A program made the translations under genes and the position numbers. DNA of 64,000 nucleotides from Eledone cirrhosa. Its lineage: Eukaryota. The stretch lies in NCBI GenBank assembly GCA_964016885.1, contig OZ024742.1:370016001-370080000 (forward strand). Direction: 5' to 3'. Position 1 is the first letter of the stretch; every line of letters begins with the position of its first letter. Of this stretch, positions 60,190 through 64,000 are shown in pieces. Under the pieces are notes generated by a model. That model searched no databases. It saw only the letters and a program-made list of their open reading frames with translations, and had not been told where the DNA came from.

Positions 60190-63100
60190 AAGATAAACCC
60201 TACAAGTACGAAAAATCACATCCGCCAAATTCCTATTCCGCACTGGCTGCTTTCATGGTATAATGTAACGTACAACTATTTCTCCATTCTCCTCTCCATT
60301 TTAATTCCTTAGTCCATCGTCATTCTCTATCATTTTTTTCCCCGAATCCAATCTTTGCCTTTCTACTCGATACTCTGTTGTATTTTCCAAAACAAATCTT
60401 GTATTTTTGTTAATGCTTGTTAAATTATGCCCAAAATACGGGGATCTTATTTAAACCTTACCTTCTCGCTAACAACCCAACATCCCTCCCGCCCGTCCCC
60501 ACGCACCACCATTATTACGTGGACCAATCATAAGTCAGAGGCCTATACTATCGCTTACCTGGTTGCCTTTCGATATGACGGATGGATGGACTACGGAATT
60601 CTGGAGAGTTGAAGAGAGAAAAATCTGGACACTCCAAATGCCAAAGATAAAGACAAATTCACCTCGTGGACGAGAATGCAAGCACTCCTCTTCTTTGTTT
60701 CAGCCGCGGATGGCTAACATAACCCCCACCCCCCACCCCCCACCGCTCCCACCCTCCAAACGCAATCCAAAACTTCAGAGTTGGTACCATGAATGTAGGC
60801 ACTTAAAGGGTCGCTCTAACGAGGTTGTAGAAATGCTTGAACGTAAGGAGGTCGATGTTTATTGTATTCAAGAGACCAGGTAGAGGGGTGGGTCTGCTAG
60901 ATTCATCGTGGGTAAAGAACGATGCTATAAGCTTTTCTGTGTGAGAAATGACAATGGGCTGGGTGGAGTAGGAATCATGGTAGCAGAAAAGTGGGCAGAT
61001 AAGATAATAGACGTAAATAGAGTGAACGACAGAATAATTAAAATAAGACTTGTCCTCAATAGAACTACGGTGACAGTAATATCTGCGTACGCACCCCAAT
61101 CCGGACTGCCCGGCACTATAAAAGACAGATTCTATGAGACACTGATGCTCACTACCTCCCAAATAACCGACAGTGACTATATAATTATTGTAGGCGACCT
61201 AAATGGTCACGTTGGACAACATTGTGACGGCTATGATGGAATCCATGGAGGCTATGGGTTTGGTACTAGAAATGAGGAAGGCTCCAGAATCCTGGAATTC
61301 TGTGACGCAAATAACCTAACTATCTGAAACACTAACTTCAAAAAACGTGACAATCACCTGATCACCTATAGATCGGGGGAACACACAAGCCAGGTCGATT
61401 ATATCCTTACCAGAAGACGTGACAGAGTGTCTGTTGTAAACACTAAATCCCTCCCCTACGAAGAATGAACCTCCCAACATAGACTGATAATTAGCGACCT
61501 AATAGTCAGGACGAGACGTACTAGACAGCAGAAGAGGACTATCCTCAGGAGAAAAATATGAAAGCTAAAGGACCCCACAGCCAGAAATAAATTTAAAAGC
61601 ATATTACTTGATGCTTTCGACAGTAAGGAAGAGCAATTAGAGTCGTACAATATAGAGGAACAGTGGGAATTCCTGAAAGCAAACCTGCTGATGGCGGCAG
61701 ACGAAGTCTGTGGCTGGAGCAGGCCTGTAGGCAGGAGGAGAGTAACATGGTGGTGGAACAGTAAGGTGGAGGAGTCAATTAAGGCCAAAAAGCAGGCTTG
61801 GAAAGTATGGCAGGATGGGGGAAGTAGAGAAGACTATCAAGTGGCCAGGAGGGAAGCTAGGAGACAAGTGTACTTCGCAAGAAGGGAAGCAGAGGAAAGA
61901 AAGTTCAAGCATGTTCTACAACGCGAGGACCAAAAACGTGAGGTGTTCAGGATTGCTAGGCAATGTGTCAAGGAAAACCGTGATATTGTCGGGGAGAAGT
62001 GTGTACTTAATGATGATGGCGTACTTCCCATCACTGACAAGAAGGTAGCTTGGAAGTGTCACTACGAAAGGCTACTAAATGAGGAGAATAAATGGGAGAA
62101 AGACAGTCTCCCCCACATCGACCCAATAGAGAGACCAGCAGTGTTAGTCGAAGGTAGTATAATAAGTAAGGCAATCAAAGATATGAAGACGGGTAAGGCG
62201 GCTGGGCCTTCGGAAATAGTTGCTGAGATGCTGAAAGCCTCTGGAACGGTGGGACACACCATGGTCACCCGGATAGTAAACCAAGTCATACAGAATGGGG
62301 TTGTTCCGAAGGACTGGCATAGCAGCATCATCATTAACTGTTACAAGGGTAAAGGAGATGCCCTAGATAGGAGTAACTATAGAGGCATTAAATTAATCGA
62401 CCAGGTCATGAAGGTCACGGAAAAAGTAATAGCGCAACTAATCAGAGAGAGAATTGATCTAGATGAAATGCAGTTCGGGTTTGTGTCAGGCAAAAGTACC
62501 ACATACGCTCTTTTCATTGTACGACAACTACAAGAGAAGTACCTAGCTAAAAGTAAACCCCTATACTTTGCTTTTGTCGACTTGGAGAAAGCGTTCGACA
62601 GAGTCCCCCGTTCCATTATCTGGTGGGCTCTTAGAAAACTAGGTGTTGACGAATGGCTTGTGAGAGCTATACAAGCCATGTATAAAGAAACAGTCAGCAA
62701 GGTCAGAATTAACAACGAATATAGTGAAGAGTTTAGCGTAAAAGTTGGTGTTCATCAGGGCTCTGTTCTTAGCCCCCTACTATTTATTATTGCCCTTCAG
62801 GCTATAACAGTGGAGTTCAAAACCGGCTGCCCATGGGAACTCCTATACGCAGACGATCTAACGCTCATAGCTGAATCAATGGCCGAGCTAGAGTGCATAA
62901 AAGATGTAGTGCGATCACAGGTAAGCTAACTAAGAACATAGATTTTACATGTGGCCGGTGCTCTGGTGCAATAAGTAGCAGCAAGTGCCCACAAAATACT
63001 AGCTCTTTCAATTGCGCAGAGGGTTCTATAGAAATAGTGGACAGCTTCCGTTACCTGGGTGACAAAATCAGCAGTGGGGGAGGATGCTCTGAAAGTACAG

Positions 63101-64000
63101 TAGCTAGAGTCAGAACTGGATGGAAAAAGTTCAGAGAGCTTATACCACTACTAGCCGCTAAAGGGTTCTCCCTAAAAATGAAAGGCAGGTTGTATGATGC
63201 CTGCATACGAACAGTAATGTTGCATGGCAGTGAGACCTGGGCATTGTGTGCAGAGGATATACGCAGACTAGAGAGGAACGAAGCTTGCATGCTCCGCTGG
63301 ATGTGTAATAGTAATATACGCGAACGGCAAAGTATAAACGAACTAAGGGAAAAATTAGAAATAAGAGCGATCAGATGTTTAGTCGAGAGAAGGCTACGTT
63401 GGTATGGTCACGTGATGCGCATAAAAGACGACAGCTGTATAAAAAAGTGCAGGGCAATAAAGATAGACGGTAGCCACGGAGTAGGCAGACCCAGAAAAAC
63501 CTGGCACGACCTGATAAATTCCGACCTCACACACTTACACCTCTCCAAGACAATGTCACTGGACCGAGATCTTTGGCGGTACTCAGTAATAGAGAAGACC
63601 CGCCTTACCTAAATACAAAGTAAAACCTACTACAGTCAGTAGGCATCTCTAACAAAATACACCCCCGTCCCACCACCCCCACCCCATCCACACCGCCCCT
63701 TTCAATGTAAAGTTATGTTGGTGCCACAACATCCAGGCCGAAACAAATGAGATCGTGTAGGTGTCACGACAAAAAAACACACAGTCCACGCTGTAATGTG
63801 ACCGTGTAGGCAACACGGTAAAAACCTTCCAGACCCACACTGTAAATGTGGTTGGTGTTAGGAAGGGCATCCAGCTGTAGAAAACCCACCAGACAGTCCT
63901 ATGCGAACAAGACAACCACTCTTGCCTCAAATGGGAAAACTCCCGTCCAAACCCATGCAAGCGTGGAAGATGGACGTTAAACGATGATGATGATGATGAT
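60190..64000 (+). mobile_element. Full-length but decayed RTE family B (ORF remnant about 60638-63612)
   Basis: 5'UTR (left boundary uncertain), APE motif I present, several stops and frameshifts, a deletion of about 190 bp at 62893, 3'UTR and (GAT)n tail at the window end. Confidence 0.9.

Overview
This is eukaryotic, AT-rich, repeat-dominated DNA. The SINE, LINE and Penelope-like (PLE) repertoire looks like a cephalopod (octopus-type) genome, which is an inference from recalled repeat families. No prokaryotic features, rRNA, true tRNA or CRISPR arrays were found. Bases 1-20 kb contain tRNA-derived SINEs, several minisatellites (about 68, 72, 40, 55 and 45 bp units) and two weak candidate host exons on the minus strand. 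They also contain a nested structure: a TTAA-flanked MITE holding a 72-bp array, which carries a non-autonomous Helitron and a near full-length Tx1/L1-clade LINE. Bases 20-64 kb are a compound (TA)n-AATACATAC microsatellite interrupted by more than 25 insertions. These include three RTE-clade LINE families (A, B, C) with (GAT)n tails, four PLEs of two lineages with hammerhead-like motifs in their pseudo-LTRs, mosaic SINEs, foldback hairpins and unclassified inserts. RTE-A has one intact 1040-aa ORF, and families A and B carry a C4HC3 PHD-type finger inside the RT. All long Y/I/M-rich ORFs are microsatellite artefacts.
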